Assembly: GCA_002469805.1 (NCBI GenBank)
Contig: DKNW01000117.1
Coordinates: 4,382-57,297, forward strand
Direction of reading: 5' to 3'
DNA from: Rhodobiaceae bacterium UBA7378
GTDB lineage: Bacteria; Pseudomonadota; Alphaproteobacteria; RS24
DNA length: 52,916 nt
Made by a program: the position numbers and the translations under genes. Below, one piece after another: positions 28,937 through 37,281 of this stretch; positions within the stretch are counted from its first letter, which is position 1, and each line of letters begins with the position of its first letter. The notes under the pieces were generated by a model. It saw nothing but the letters and a program-made list of their open reading frames with translations, ran no database searches and was not told the DNA's origin.

Positions 28937-30190
28937 ATGGATCGTGACGGGTTAAAAAAACAGGCGTGTGCTGCTATTGACGCAATGGCCTCCGACTTGA
29001 TTTCAGCCAGCCACGACATTCACGCCAATCCCGAACTCGCTTTTAACGAACATTTCGCCCACGGTTTATTGACCGACCGCATTGAAGCGGCTGGCCTGTC
29101 AGTCGAGCGTGGCGCATGCGGCCTCGATACAGCTTTTATATCTGAGTTTGGCGAAGCCGGGGTCGAGGTTGGTATCCTATCCGAATATGATGCCTTGCCC
29201 GGCATCGGCCATGCCTGCGGCCACAACATTATTGCAACAAGCGGGCTTGGGGCAACGCTGGCACTTTCAAAACTTGGCGCAAACTTGCCCGGGCGCGTGC
29301 GCTATCTCGGCACGCCTGCGGAGGAAGCCGGCAATGGCAAAGAAATTATGGCTAGGCAAGGCGCGTTTGACGGGCTCGACACGGCAATGATGGTGCACCC
29401 CGCCGGGGTTAATCTGATGACGATGCCAAGCGTCGCCATGAACGAGGTGCGGGTGACATATACCGGGAAATCCGCGCATGCATCAGCCATGCCCTTTGCC
29501 GGGGTGAACGCGCTCGATGCCTTGGTGACAGCGTATCAATCTGTGGCCCAACTGCGCCAGCACATAAGACAGAACGAGCGCATCCATGGTATTTTCAACG
29601 AGGCTGGGTTAGCACCCAATATCGTACCTGACCGGGCCGTGGGCACATTTTATGTTCGTGCATCGGATGGCATGGCACTTGCCGATTTGAAGGCGCGGGT
29701 CAAAAACTGCTTCGAAGCTGGTGCATTAGCATCGGGGTGCGATGTCGAGATCCAATGGGCGCTTGGCGATTATTTAGAGATCAAAGATTGCTGGCCGCTT
29801 GCCGAGCGCTATAAAGTGAATGCCGAGAGTTTGGGCCGGTCGTTTTTCCCGCTGGATAAACTTCCCACCACCGGCGCGGGATCAACTGATATGGGCAATG
29901 TCAGCCACCGCGTACCCTCGATCCACCCGATGATCGCGTGTGCCCCACCCCATGTCGTTATTCATAATCCGGAATTCGCAAAATTTGCCGGGTCCGAAAC
30001 AGGCGATGCTGCCGTGATAGATGGTGCCAAGGCCTTGGCAATGACCGCGATCGACGCCATGACAGATGACCAGTTGATGCGAGATGCGCGTGACCAGTTT
30101 GCCGAAACCGCCGATTTGTCAGCCAAGGCTATTGCCCATGCTTGGCATGATGACGGCGATGCGGCACTCGGCGGATGCGGATGTTGCTAA
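28937..30190 (+). CDS. M20-family amidohydrolase/peptidase (AbgB/hippurate-hydrolase-like)
   Basis: 417 aa. GHACGHN metal-binding motif, TPAEE and a dimerisation insert. AGGAGA RBS. Ends in an unusual ...LGGCGCC tail. Confidence 0.85.
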   Translation: MDRDGLKKQACAAIDAMASDLISASHDIHANPELAFNEHFAHGLLTDRIEAAGLSVERGACGLDTAFISEFGEAGVEVGILSEYDALPGIGHACGHNIIATSGLGATLALSKLGANLPGRVRYLGTPAEEAGNGKEIMARQGAFDGLDTAMMVHPAGVNLMTMPSVAMNEVRVTYTGKSAHASAMPFAGVNALDALVTAYQSVAQLRQHIRQNERIHGIFNEAGLAPNIVPDRAVGTFYVRASDGMALADLKARVKNCFEAGALASGCDVEIQWALGDYLEIKDCWPLAERYKVNAESLGRSFFPLDKLPTTGAGSTDMGNVSHRVPSIHPMIACAPPHVVIHNPEFAKFAGSETGDAAVIDGAKALAMTAIDAMTDDQLMRDARDQFAETADLSAKAIAHAWHDDGDAALGGCGCC

Positions 30191-30276
30191 GGACTTGCCG
30201 ATAACAAGGCGAAGCAGTATAGAACCGTGGATTAACGCGCAGACGTTACACCGACATATTAAACGCGGGAGCGATA

Positions 30277-30471
30277 ATGGCACAGGCAGAGCTTATCAAA
30301 ATCAGCAATGATGAAGGCTTGGCGGAAATTTTTATCCCCGTACGTGCATTTGAATGCATCGGCGCATCCGCGCCTTACGATCATCCGCATGTATTTCTGG
30401 ACATGGGCAGCGAAACAGAAATTGTGTGCCCATATTGCTCCACCCGCTACAGATACCGCGCTGAAGATTGA
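30277..30471 (+). CDS. zinc-finger (zf-CHCC, NDUFS6-like) small protein
   Basis: 64 aa. C..(x)..HPHVFLDMG....VCPYCSTRYRY matches the CHCC zinc-finger pattern. Confidence 0.75.
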   Translation: MAQAELIKISNDEGLAEIFIPVRAFECIGASAPYDHPHVFLDMGSETEIVCPYCSTRYRYRAED

Positions 30472-30530
30472 AAACACCTTGCTGATCGGGCCGAACTCGG
30501 ACATGGTCAAAAAAATGGCGAGGGAGAAGC

Positions 30531-31496
30531 ATGGCACGCATTTTGGGTTCTTTACTCGGGCTGCTTATTGCCTTGCTCATCATTGTTCTACTGAGCACAA
30601 GTTTTCTAATTTCGTCAGACCTCATCCGAGGCGATCTTTACGAAAAATACCGCAACGATAAATCGTTTCTCTACACGCTAGACACTGGCGCGACCGTCCA
30701 TATTCGCGATGAAGGCAACCGAAATGGTCCGCCGCTCATTTTATTGCATGGCGCGTATGGCTCCGTGCATGCATGGGAACCTTGGGTGCAAGCGCTAGGC
30801 GATGACTATCGCCTAATTAGTTTTGACCTGCCCGGCTTTGGGCTAACGGGTGCGGTGCCAAACGCCGATTATAGCCGCGCAGGCATGAGCCAGACCGTTA
30901 GTGATATCATCAAGCTAATGAAGCTCAAAAAAGTTGTCATGGTTGGTCATTCAATGGGTGGCGGGGTTGCATTGCATTATGCGCTAGATAATCCCGGCAA
31001 GGTACGCGGGTTAGTGCTGGTTAGCGCCAGCGGCATGCGGCGCTCGATAGCGGAGGCGCCACCATCAAGTTTCGAACTGGCCGACATCACATGGCTGCAA
31101 CCGGTTATGCGCTATGTAACGCCGCGATTTATGTTTGCGTCTGCTCTGCGCGACACCGTTGCCGATCCGGATAATTTTGTTACCGATGAGATGATTGATC
31201 GTTATTGGGAACTCATTCGCATGACGGGTTCCCGCGCAGCGATTTTCGAACGGCGCAATGCCAGACAATCCAACGCACCGCTAGACGAACGCCTGTCGGA
31301 GCTGACCATGCCGGCACTTCTTATCTGGGGGGCGCAAGACAAGATAGTGCCGCTGAGCCAGGGCGTACGCATGAACGGTGCCATTTTTAATAGTCGCCTT
31401 GTCGCTTATCCTGAACTTGGGCATTTGCCGATGGAAGAAGCCCCCGCAAAGACAGCCGCCGATGTAGGCAGTTTTCTCCAGACCATGTTGCCATAA
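30531..31496 (+). CDS. membrane-anchored alpha/beta-fold hydrolase
   Basis: 321 aa. N-terminal TM helix, LLHG oxyanion motif, GHSMGG nucleophile elbow and a late GHLP catalytic His. Confidence 0.85.
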   Translation: MARILGSLLGLLIALLIIVLLSTSFLISSDLIRGDLYEKYRNDKSFLYTLDTGATVHIRDEGNRNGPPLILLHGAYGSVHAWEPWVQALGDDYRLISFDLPGFGLTGAVPNADYSRAGMSQTVSDIIKLMKLKKVVMVGHSMGGGVALHYALDNPGKVRGLVLVSASGMRRSIAEAPPSSFELADITWLQPVMRYVTPRFMFASALRDTVADPDNFVTDEMIDRYWELIRMTGSRAAIFERRNARQSNAPLDERLSELTMPALLIWGAQDKIVPLSQGVRMNGAIFNSRLVAYPELGHLPMEEAPAKTAADVGSFLQTMLP

Positions 31497-31628
31497 TAAA
31501 CCGCCGCGACCGATACACACGGCCCGCACATAGGGGCAAAAAATTCCCCAGAAATTTTGGACTATTCAGCCAAAGGTAGCTTCTGTTGAAATTGAGAAAT
31601 TGATTTGTAGTTTGTTAAGGAGAGAAAA

Positions 31629-32315
31629 ATGAGAGCAATGATTTTAGCTTTGGCTATGGCAGTTTCCACCGGTGCTGCGCAGGCCGATGTATTGTCTTTG
31701 TGGGGAGCGAAAGCCTTTAACGGTGATATTGCCGCTACTGTAGCCCAGTATAAAACCCTGAGCCCGTTGGCTGAAAAGCACGGCGCACAGGTCGAAATAT
31801 TTGTTGATGATACCTACGGTCAGCAGCAAGTGACCTTCGGCATGCGGTTCGCATCGCTAACCGATTGGGGCACATTCAAAGATGCCTTTGGTGCCGACCC
31901 GGAGGTTGCGGCATGGATGGCCAAGTATCAACCAGACTATAACCGTCACTTCACGCAGAGCATGCTATGGGCCAATGTAAGTTCGCCTGCCGCCGGTGTC
32001 GATGTGGTGGACGGTAAGAATGTTTTCTGGGCAGCCAGCTTTTTGGCAACCAGCCCAAGCAACGCTGATCGCACTATTCGCGAGTTTACCAAAATGGCCA
32101 AGTATATTGAAAGCCTCGGCAGCACGGCGCACATCTACACAAATGGTGTCGATGATAATATCTGGTTCACTTTTGCTTTTGATAGTTTCAGCGAAGGCAG
32201 CCAGTTATTTACAACGCTGGCAACCGATCCGACATGGCAAAAAATCACAGGTGATTTCGGCGCGAAAAACCTTGCCCGTGCATCCAGCCAATCCTGGGTA
32301 ACACGCGGCCAATAA
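31629..32315 (+). CDS. hypothetical secreted protein with an internal tandem duplication
   Basis: 228 aa. Signal peptide ending AQA/DV and GGAGAG RBS. Residues about 20-120 and 125-228 align to each other (W.A..F......T......E..G....I......F...F.S......F...DP pattern). Confidence 0.55.
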   Translation: MRAMILALAMAVSTGAAQADVLSLWGAKAFNGDIAATVAQYKTLSPLAEKHGAQVEIFVDDTYGQQQVTFGMRFASLTDWGTFKDAFGADPEVAAWMAKYQPDYNRHFTQSMLWANVSSPAAGVDVVDGKNVFWAASFLATSPSNADRTIREFTKMAKYIESLGSTAHIYTNGVDDNIWFTFAFDSFSEGSQLFTTLATDPTWQKITGDFGAKNLARASSQSWVTRGQ

Positions 32316-32334
32316 GGCTAAAGCGCAATCCAGA

Positions 32335-32372
32335 ATGCCTCCCGCCGCTAGGCCGGTGGGGGGCATGTTTTG
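32335..32372 (+). terminator. rho-independent terminator downstream of the 31629..32315 gene
   Basis: 12-bp stem ATGCCTCCCGCC / GGTGGGGGGCAT (two G-U pairs), 8-nt loop, followed by GTTTTG. Confidence 0.7.
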
Positions 32373-32440
32373 CCCCCCCGCGATTAGGCATGTTTAGCCG
32401 CGTGGCTGGATAGGCGGGTGATACGATATATACTTATCAG

Positions 32441-32466
32441 CAGCGGCTCTCCGGGCCGCTGTTTTT
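32441..32466 (+). terminator. second terminator-like hairpin, about 38 nt upstream of the MBL-fold gene start
   Basis: Stem CAGCGGC / GCCGCTG (7 bp), 7-nt loop, then TTTTT. Confidence 0.55.
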
Positions 32467-32503
32467 CTATGAGTTGAGGCAACACAGGAAAAAAGGGGCG
32501 GAA

Positions 32504-33592
32504 ATGAAAATGTCGGCATTGGCAGGAATTGCGGTGGTGATCGGGCTGGGTTTGGTGCTCGCGGCTTGCAGCAACAATCTAGGCCGCCCAACGGGAGGTA
32601 AAAACCCCTATCATCACCTTGAAAAGGGCTTTCGTAACCCGCCCGACAGCCCGAAACGCGATATACCTTTCACCAAGCGATTGAAATTTTTCGGCCAAGC
32701 GATTTGGCGTAATGCCGTTGGCAAAGCCCCCAATATACCAAGCGAGCATGCAATAGAGCGCGAGGTTGCAAAAGCGCAGCTGGCCGCGATGGGTGATAAT
32801 GATTTCGTTAGCTGGATCGGTCATGCAACTTTTCTGGTGCGTCTTGATGGGGTCAACGTACTAACCGATCCGGTTTTTTCACGCCGCGCTAGCCCTGTGT
32901 CATTTGCCGGACCCGCACGCCTTGTTCCACCAGGCTTGCGCATGGAAGATCTGCCGCCGATTGACGTGGTGGTGATCAGCCATGCGCATTACGACCATCT
33001 GGACACGGCGACGCTCGAAAGCCTACCCAACAAGCACCGCATCACGGCCGTTGTGCCGCTGGGTCTGGGTAAATATTTCAAGGATTATGGCGATGTGCGC
33101 GAGGTCGATTGGTATGATGAGGTGACACTGACCTCGCCAAATGGCGGTTTCAAGCTGACCGCGTATCCGGCGGTGCACTGGTCGAGCCGGTCATTGTTTG
33201 ACACCAATCGCACACTTTGGATGTCTTACGGCTTTTCCGCGGGCGGGCATTCTGTGTTTCATACCGGCGATACTGAAACCCACCCCAGCGTATTTGCAGA
33301 TATCGGCAAACATATGGCCGACAATCATGGCGGGTGCGACCTCGGTTTAATGAGCGTTGGTGCGTATGCCCCGCGTGATTTCATGCGCGGCGCGCATATG
33401 GACCCCGAAGGCGGTGTCAGTGTCGGCCGTGATATGGGGTGCAAGCGCATGGTACCGATGCATTGGGGCACTTTCATTTTGTCATTTGAACCGTTCGAAG
33501 AACCCCGCCAACGCTTTGTCAAGGCAGCGGGCAATCAAGCGCTTGTGATGAAAATCGGAGAGAGTGTGCCCTTTACCGCCATTTCGGAATAG
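32504..33592 (+). CDS. MBL-fold metallo-hydrolase lipoprotein (NAPE-PLD-like)
   Basis: Lipobox LVLAAC after MKMSALAGIAVVIGLG (ATG 32504, AAGGGG RBS; the track start TTG 32474 is less likely). HAHYDH metal motif. Confidence 0.8.
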   Translation: MKMSALAGIAVVIGLGLVLAACSNNLGRPTGGKNPYHHLEKGFRNPPDSPKRDIPFTKRLKFFGQAIWRNAVGKAPNIPSEHAIEREVAKAQLAAMGDNDFVSWIGHATFLVRLDGVNVLTDPVFSRRASPVSFAGPARLVPPGLRMEDLPPIDVVVISHAHYDHLDTATLESLPNKHRITAVVPLGLGKYFKDYGDVREVDWYDEVTLTSPNGGFKLTAYPAVHWSSRSLFDTNRTLWMSYGFSAGGHSVFHTGDTETHPSVFADIGKHMADNHGGCDLGLMSVGAYAPRDFMRGAHMDPEGGVSVGRDMGCKRMVPMHWGTFILSFEPFEEPRQRFVKAAGNQALVMKIGESVPFTAISE

Positions 33593-33599
33593 GCAGAGG

Positions 33600-33687
33600 T
33601 GGTGGCCTCGGACGGACTCGAACCGTCACGCCCTAAACGGGCCGCAGATTTTAAGTCTGCTGTGTCTACCAATTCCACCACGAGGCC
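33600..33687 (-). tRNA. tRNA-Leu (anticodon UAA)
   Basis: The minus strand reads GGCCTCG-TG-GTGGAATTGGTAGACAC-A-GCAGA-CTTAAAA-TCTGC-(long variable arm GGCCCGTTTAGGGCGT)-GACGGTTCGAGTCCGTC-CGAGGCC-A-CCA. It has a perfect 7-bp acceptor stem, a T-loop TTCGAGT and an encoded CCA. Confidence 0.92.
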
Positions 33688-33878
33688 GCTCTGCGTTTGC
33701 ATAATTATGTTTTTTTGCCAGCTCTGGCAAGGTCGATATTTATGCAAATCGCGCGCAGGGCCCTAAATAAACCAGCACTAAGTCGTAACCCAAGATGGAA
33801 GACATTCTTGATTTTCGACCTGTTTTTTTTCAGAATTCGAAATCGTAACTTTGTGTAAAGGCGTATTGAGGCAATCAC

Positions 33879-34445
33879 ATGCTACGTTTGGTCGTGATCA
33901 TTTTTGGGTTTTCCATGGTCGGCGCGCACGCTGAAGATACTCCGTCCACGGTGATGTTTTGGCGTTATTCAGTCTCTGGATATTGCCAAGAACAAGGTAT
34001 GCCGAAATTTACATTTCCCAACCAAGTTGTCTTGCAGGAACGCTCGCGTGACAACAAAGCCCTTCTGTCGGAATTGAACTTCAAGTTTACCGCCGAATTT
34101 CAATATTGGAATTCATACAAGTCGCCGCCGGATATGTGCCACGTCGACAACCCGCTGCAGCCGCTTGAAAAGAAAAATCATCAAATGCGCGCCACATGCT
34201 ATCGTGGCATGACAGGCGAAGACCGTTCGGGGTTGACCCATCGCGTGAAAGTCGGCACCCGCGCCGAATGTGTGTTCGACGTGCAGGACGTATCAGATTG
34301 TTTTACCGATAGCGACGTACCTCAATATTCCGACATCAAGACCATTGAGCAGTACTACAAACCAATGTTGTGCTCAAAGCCACCCGGTGAACGCGAAAAT
34401 TATCGCAAGGCCGCGCTTGAAGATTGGTCAAAAATTCACGACTAA
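33879..34445 (+). CDS. hypothetical secreted protein, six Cys
   Basis: 188 aa. Signal peptide ...VGAHA/ED, six cysteines in the mature part, visibly AT-richer than its neighbours. No family recognised. Confidence 0.5.
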   Translation: MLRLVVIIFGFSMVGAHAEDTPSTVMFWRYSVSGYCQEQGMPKFTFPNQVVLQERSRDNKALLSELNFKFTAEFQYWNSYKSPPDMCHVDNPLQPLEKKNHQMRATCYRGMTGEDRSGLTHRVKVGTRAECVFDVQDVSDCFTDSDVPQYSDIKTIEQYYKPMLCSKPPGERENYRKAALEDWSKIHD

Positions 34446-34460
34446 ACGCGAACGTAACGC

Positions 34461-35129
34461 TTAGTTAGCGCGCCGCTTGCGAATAGCTTTCTCAACCAGT
34501 GCTTGGGTATGCTCGACCAGCCGGCGCACGCCTTCCGCATTGGGGTGACGCGCATCATCAAGCAACAGCTCACGGCGCACATCTAGCGTATCGAAATCGA
34601 AAAGCGGGGCATAGATAAACGGCTCGAACATTAGATTGTATTTGGCAGCGGTGGTTTCAAATACCGCATCATATTCCATCCGATAATCAAGCCCGTATTT
34701 CGGCGACATTTTCATGCCGAGTAACACGACCATCTGGCCGCGACCTTGCATATTGGTGATCATATAATCCAGATTTTCCTGAATTTCTTCCGGCAGGACG
34801 CGGTAAGCCCCATCATTGGCACCCAATTGCAGTAACACGATATCAGCCGAGATAACCGGCTCGACGAACACCCAATCACGCCCCTGTCGCGTTGATTGCC
34901 CAGCGACACTTGCGCTGCGCAAGTCGACATTATACCCCTTGCTCAACAGCTGTTTTTCGAGCACCGGAACATATCCCTCATTCGTGCGCAGCTCGAACCC
35001 CGATGTTAGGCTGTCACCTAAAACAGTAATAACCAGCTTCTCGGCGGCCTGGGCCTGAAACCCAAGCAAGAAAATGCCCAGAAAGAATAAACGCAACAGT
35101 TTTTCCTCGAAAAAAACGGCGACGCTCAT
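34461..35129 (-). CDS. SGNH/GDSL hydrolase (TesA/arylesterase-like), secreted
   Basis: Signal peptide, then the ITVLGDSLTSG block I motif, LQLGANDG block III and a C-terminal D..HPN block V. Confidence 0.85.
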   Translation of the reverse strand: MSVAVFFEEKLLRLFFLGIFLLGFQAQAAEKLVITVLGDSLTSGFELRTNEGYVPVLEKQLLSKGYNVDLRSASVAGQSTRQGRDWVFVEPVISADIVLLQLGANDGAYRVLPEEIQENLDYMITNMQGRGQMVVLLGMKMSPKYGLDYRMEYDAVFETTAAKYNLMFEPFIYAPLFDFDTLDVRRELLLDDARHPNAEGVRRLVEHTQALVEKAIRKRRAN

Positions 35130-35168
35130 GAAGAACGCCGCCGCTTAAAATTAGCAATCAGGACTGGA

Positions 35169-35414
35169 TTAGTTTTCCAGACCCTGCCAAACAGGCCAGC
35201 AGTTTTTGCCTGCTTTGCCAGCAAGCGCAAGCTGAGCAGCTTTGGCGTTGTCGCCAGATTGTGAAGCCGTGTAATCGTCTTTACCTGTGCACCAGACATA
35301 GAATTTGTGGTTTCCGGCTTTCGACATTGCGTCAAATCCTGAATCCATAGCAAACGCGGCCTGAGGCAATGAGAACATGGCAATTACTGCCAGCGTTGAA
35401 ATAGTTTTTTTCAT
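35169..35414 (-). CDS. hypothetical small secreted protein
   Basis: 81 aa. Signal peptide MKKTISTLAVIAMFSLPQAAFA and about 59 aa mature with two Cys. Lies 39 nt upstream of the SGNH hydrolase gene on the same strand. Confidence 0.45.
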   Translation of the reverse strand: MKKTISTLAVIAMFSLPQAAFAMDSGFDAMSKAGNHKFYVWCTGKDDYTASQSGDNAKAAQLALAGKAGKNCWPVWQGLEN

Positions 35415-35513
35415 GCTAAACTCCCTTTGAATACGCTAACTGTGACGCAAGTTCGCTCAATCCCCAAATTAACAATTGGTAATGTTCGCGCGCGAGCCAA
35501 GCCTGAAGTCGGC

Positions 35514-36302
35514 CTATTTAGCTGGTCGTTCAACCAATGGCGCGTCTATACGCACGAAATAGGCTCTTATTTTCTCTTCCACTTCCGCCAGCCGAGGTTT
35601 ATCGCGGCTACGCGCAACAACGCTTACGCCCGCCCCTTGCGGACCATAAAATGGATAAAGTCCAAGATTTATATCGTCATATTCACCCTGTAACGCGCCC
35701 ATTTCATCGGCAATTTGGCCTTCAGGCACTTGCGCCGTGACGGTAATACTCGCCAATTGCTCTCCGCCTTTGAGCGTCGGCAAAACATTTTCAACCATGG
35801 CTTGCATAATTTTGGGTACGCCAGCCATTACATACACATTTTCGATAACAAAGCCCGGCGCCGTGCTGACGGGGTTATCTATAAGTCCGCCGCCGCGCGG
35901 AATACGCGCCATGCGTTGGCGCGCTTCGTTAAATTCCGCGCCCATGGCTTCATAATGCGCCGTCAATCGCGCCATCGCTTCGGGATGATATTCGAGCGGC
36001 ACGTCAAACGCCTCCGCGACACAATCCGCTGTAATATCATCGTGCGTAGGGCCGATGCCGCCGGTCGTAAACACATAATCAAAACGCGCCCGACAAGCGT
36101 TCAGTGTGTCGATAATTGTCGCCGGATCGTCAGGAATAATGCGCGCTTCGCGCATATCGACGCCGATTTCGCCCAGACAAGTGCTCAAGAACGACAGGTT
36201 TTTATCCTGCGTGCGCCCCGACAAAACCTCATTGCCGATGATCAACATGCAAGCGGTTACATTTTCGGTTTTAGGGAGCATGGTTTCCTGACTGGTATTC
36301 AT
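35514..36302 (-). CDS. CinA-N-terminal-like molybdopterin-binding (MoCF_BD) protein
   Basis: ACMLIIGNEVLSGRTQDKN and TTGGIGPTHDDIT motifs. ATG 36302 is preceded by CAGGAGA. The longer ORF to 36443 would overlap the map start. Confidence 0.8.
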   Translation of the reverse strand: MNTSQETMLPKTENVTACMLIIGNEVLSGRTQDKNLSFLSTCLGEIGVDMREARIIPDDPATIIDTLNACRARFDYVFTTGGIGPTHDDITADCVAEAFDVPLEYHPEAMARLTAHYEAMGAEFNEARQRMARIPRGGGLIDNPVSTAPGFVIENVYVMAGVPKIMQAMVENVLPTLKGGEQLASITVTAQVPEGQIADEMGALQGEYDDINLGLYPFYGPQGAGVSVVARSRDKPRLAEVEEKIRAYFVRIDAPLVERPAK

Positions 36303-36408
36303 ATTCTTCTCCTGACAGTGAAGTAGGTGGTTTTGTGCCCACGACAAACACCACGCCCTTATCGACAACGCGGATGAGAACATGCTATTTCCAAACTGAG
36401 GAAACAAG

Positions 36409-37239
36409 ATGAATTTCATTGCTGCCAACACCGCGCCGCTCAAAAATACCGGCCAGATAAAACTTCACGCATCGGAAGATTTCGAGGCGATGCGCGTGGT
36501 GGGACGTCTGGCAGCGCAAGCGCTGGACCAACTCACCCCCTTCGTGGTGCCGGGCACAACGACACAAGCCCTTGATGACAAAGCGCTAGAAATCATCCGC
36601 GACTTTGGGGCTGTGCCAGCACCGCTCAATTATCGCGGTTTCAAAAAATCAGTATGTACGTCGATCAACCATGTGGTTTGTCACGGCATTCCGGGCGACC
36701 GCCGCCTGCGCGAAGGTGACATCATGAATGTCGATGTTACCCTGTTTTTTGAAGGCTGGCATGGCGATCACAGCCGAATGTACAGCATTGGTGACGTGTC
36801 GGTTAAAGCGAAACGCTTGATGGACGTCACCTACGAAGCCATGATGTCGGGCATTAACACGGTGCGGCCTGGCGTGGCGCTCGGCGATATCGGCTTTGCC
36901 ATTCAACAGCATGCAGAGATTAACCGGCTGGCCGTTGTCCGCGATTTCTGCGGCCATGGGCTTGGCCGCGTATTTCACGACACGCCCAATATTTTGCATT
37001 ACGGGCGCGCTGGCGAGGGGCTGGTTTTGCGCGAGGGCATGTTCTTTACCATTGAGCCAATGCTTAATTTGGGCAAACCGGCGGTGAAAATTCTCGCTGA
37101 TGGCTGGACGGCAGTAACCCGCGATCGAACATTATCGGCTCAATATGAACACTCAATTGGTGTTACGGCTGACGGAGTTGAAATATTCACGAAGTCTCCA
37201 GCGGGTCTTGATACCCCGCATCGCAGTCAGCGCGACTGA
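36409..37239 (+). CDS. map: type I methionyl aminopeptidase
   Basis: 276 aa. VCHGIP, D..NVDVT, HGD.S, FCGHG.G, HD and TIEPM.N metal-ligand blocks. Confidence 0.95.
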   Translation: MNFIAANTAPLKNTGQIKLHASEDFEAMRVVGRLAAQALDQLTPFVVPGTTTQALDDKALEIIRDFGAVPAPLNYRGFKKSVCTSINHVVCHGIPGDRRLREGDIMNVDVTLFFEGWHGDHSRMYSIGDVSVKAKRLMDVTYEAMMSGINTVRPGVALGDIGFAIQQHAEINRLAVVRDFCGHGLGRVFHDTPNILHYGRAGEGLVLREGMFFTIEPMLNLGKPAVKILADGWTAVTRDRTLSAQYEHSIGVTADGVEIFTKSPAGLDTPHRSQRD

Positions 37240-37281
37240 AATCTGCGCCTTAAAAAGCACCACTTAAAAGAAAGACAAAAT

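Noticed and set aside
33600-35414. Classical tRNA-associated integrative island or prophage remnant
   Set aside because: No integrase, excisionase, transposase or phage gene is present. I saw no direct repeat of the tRNA 3' end. The AT-rich patch is on the 5' side of the tRNA, whereas integrases normally target the 3' side. It is kept only as a compositional and orphan-gene observation.
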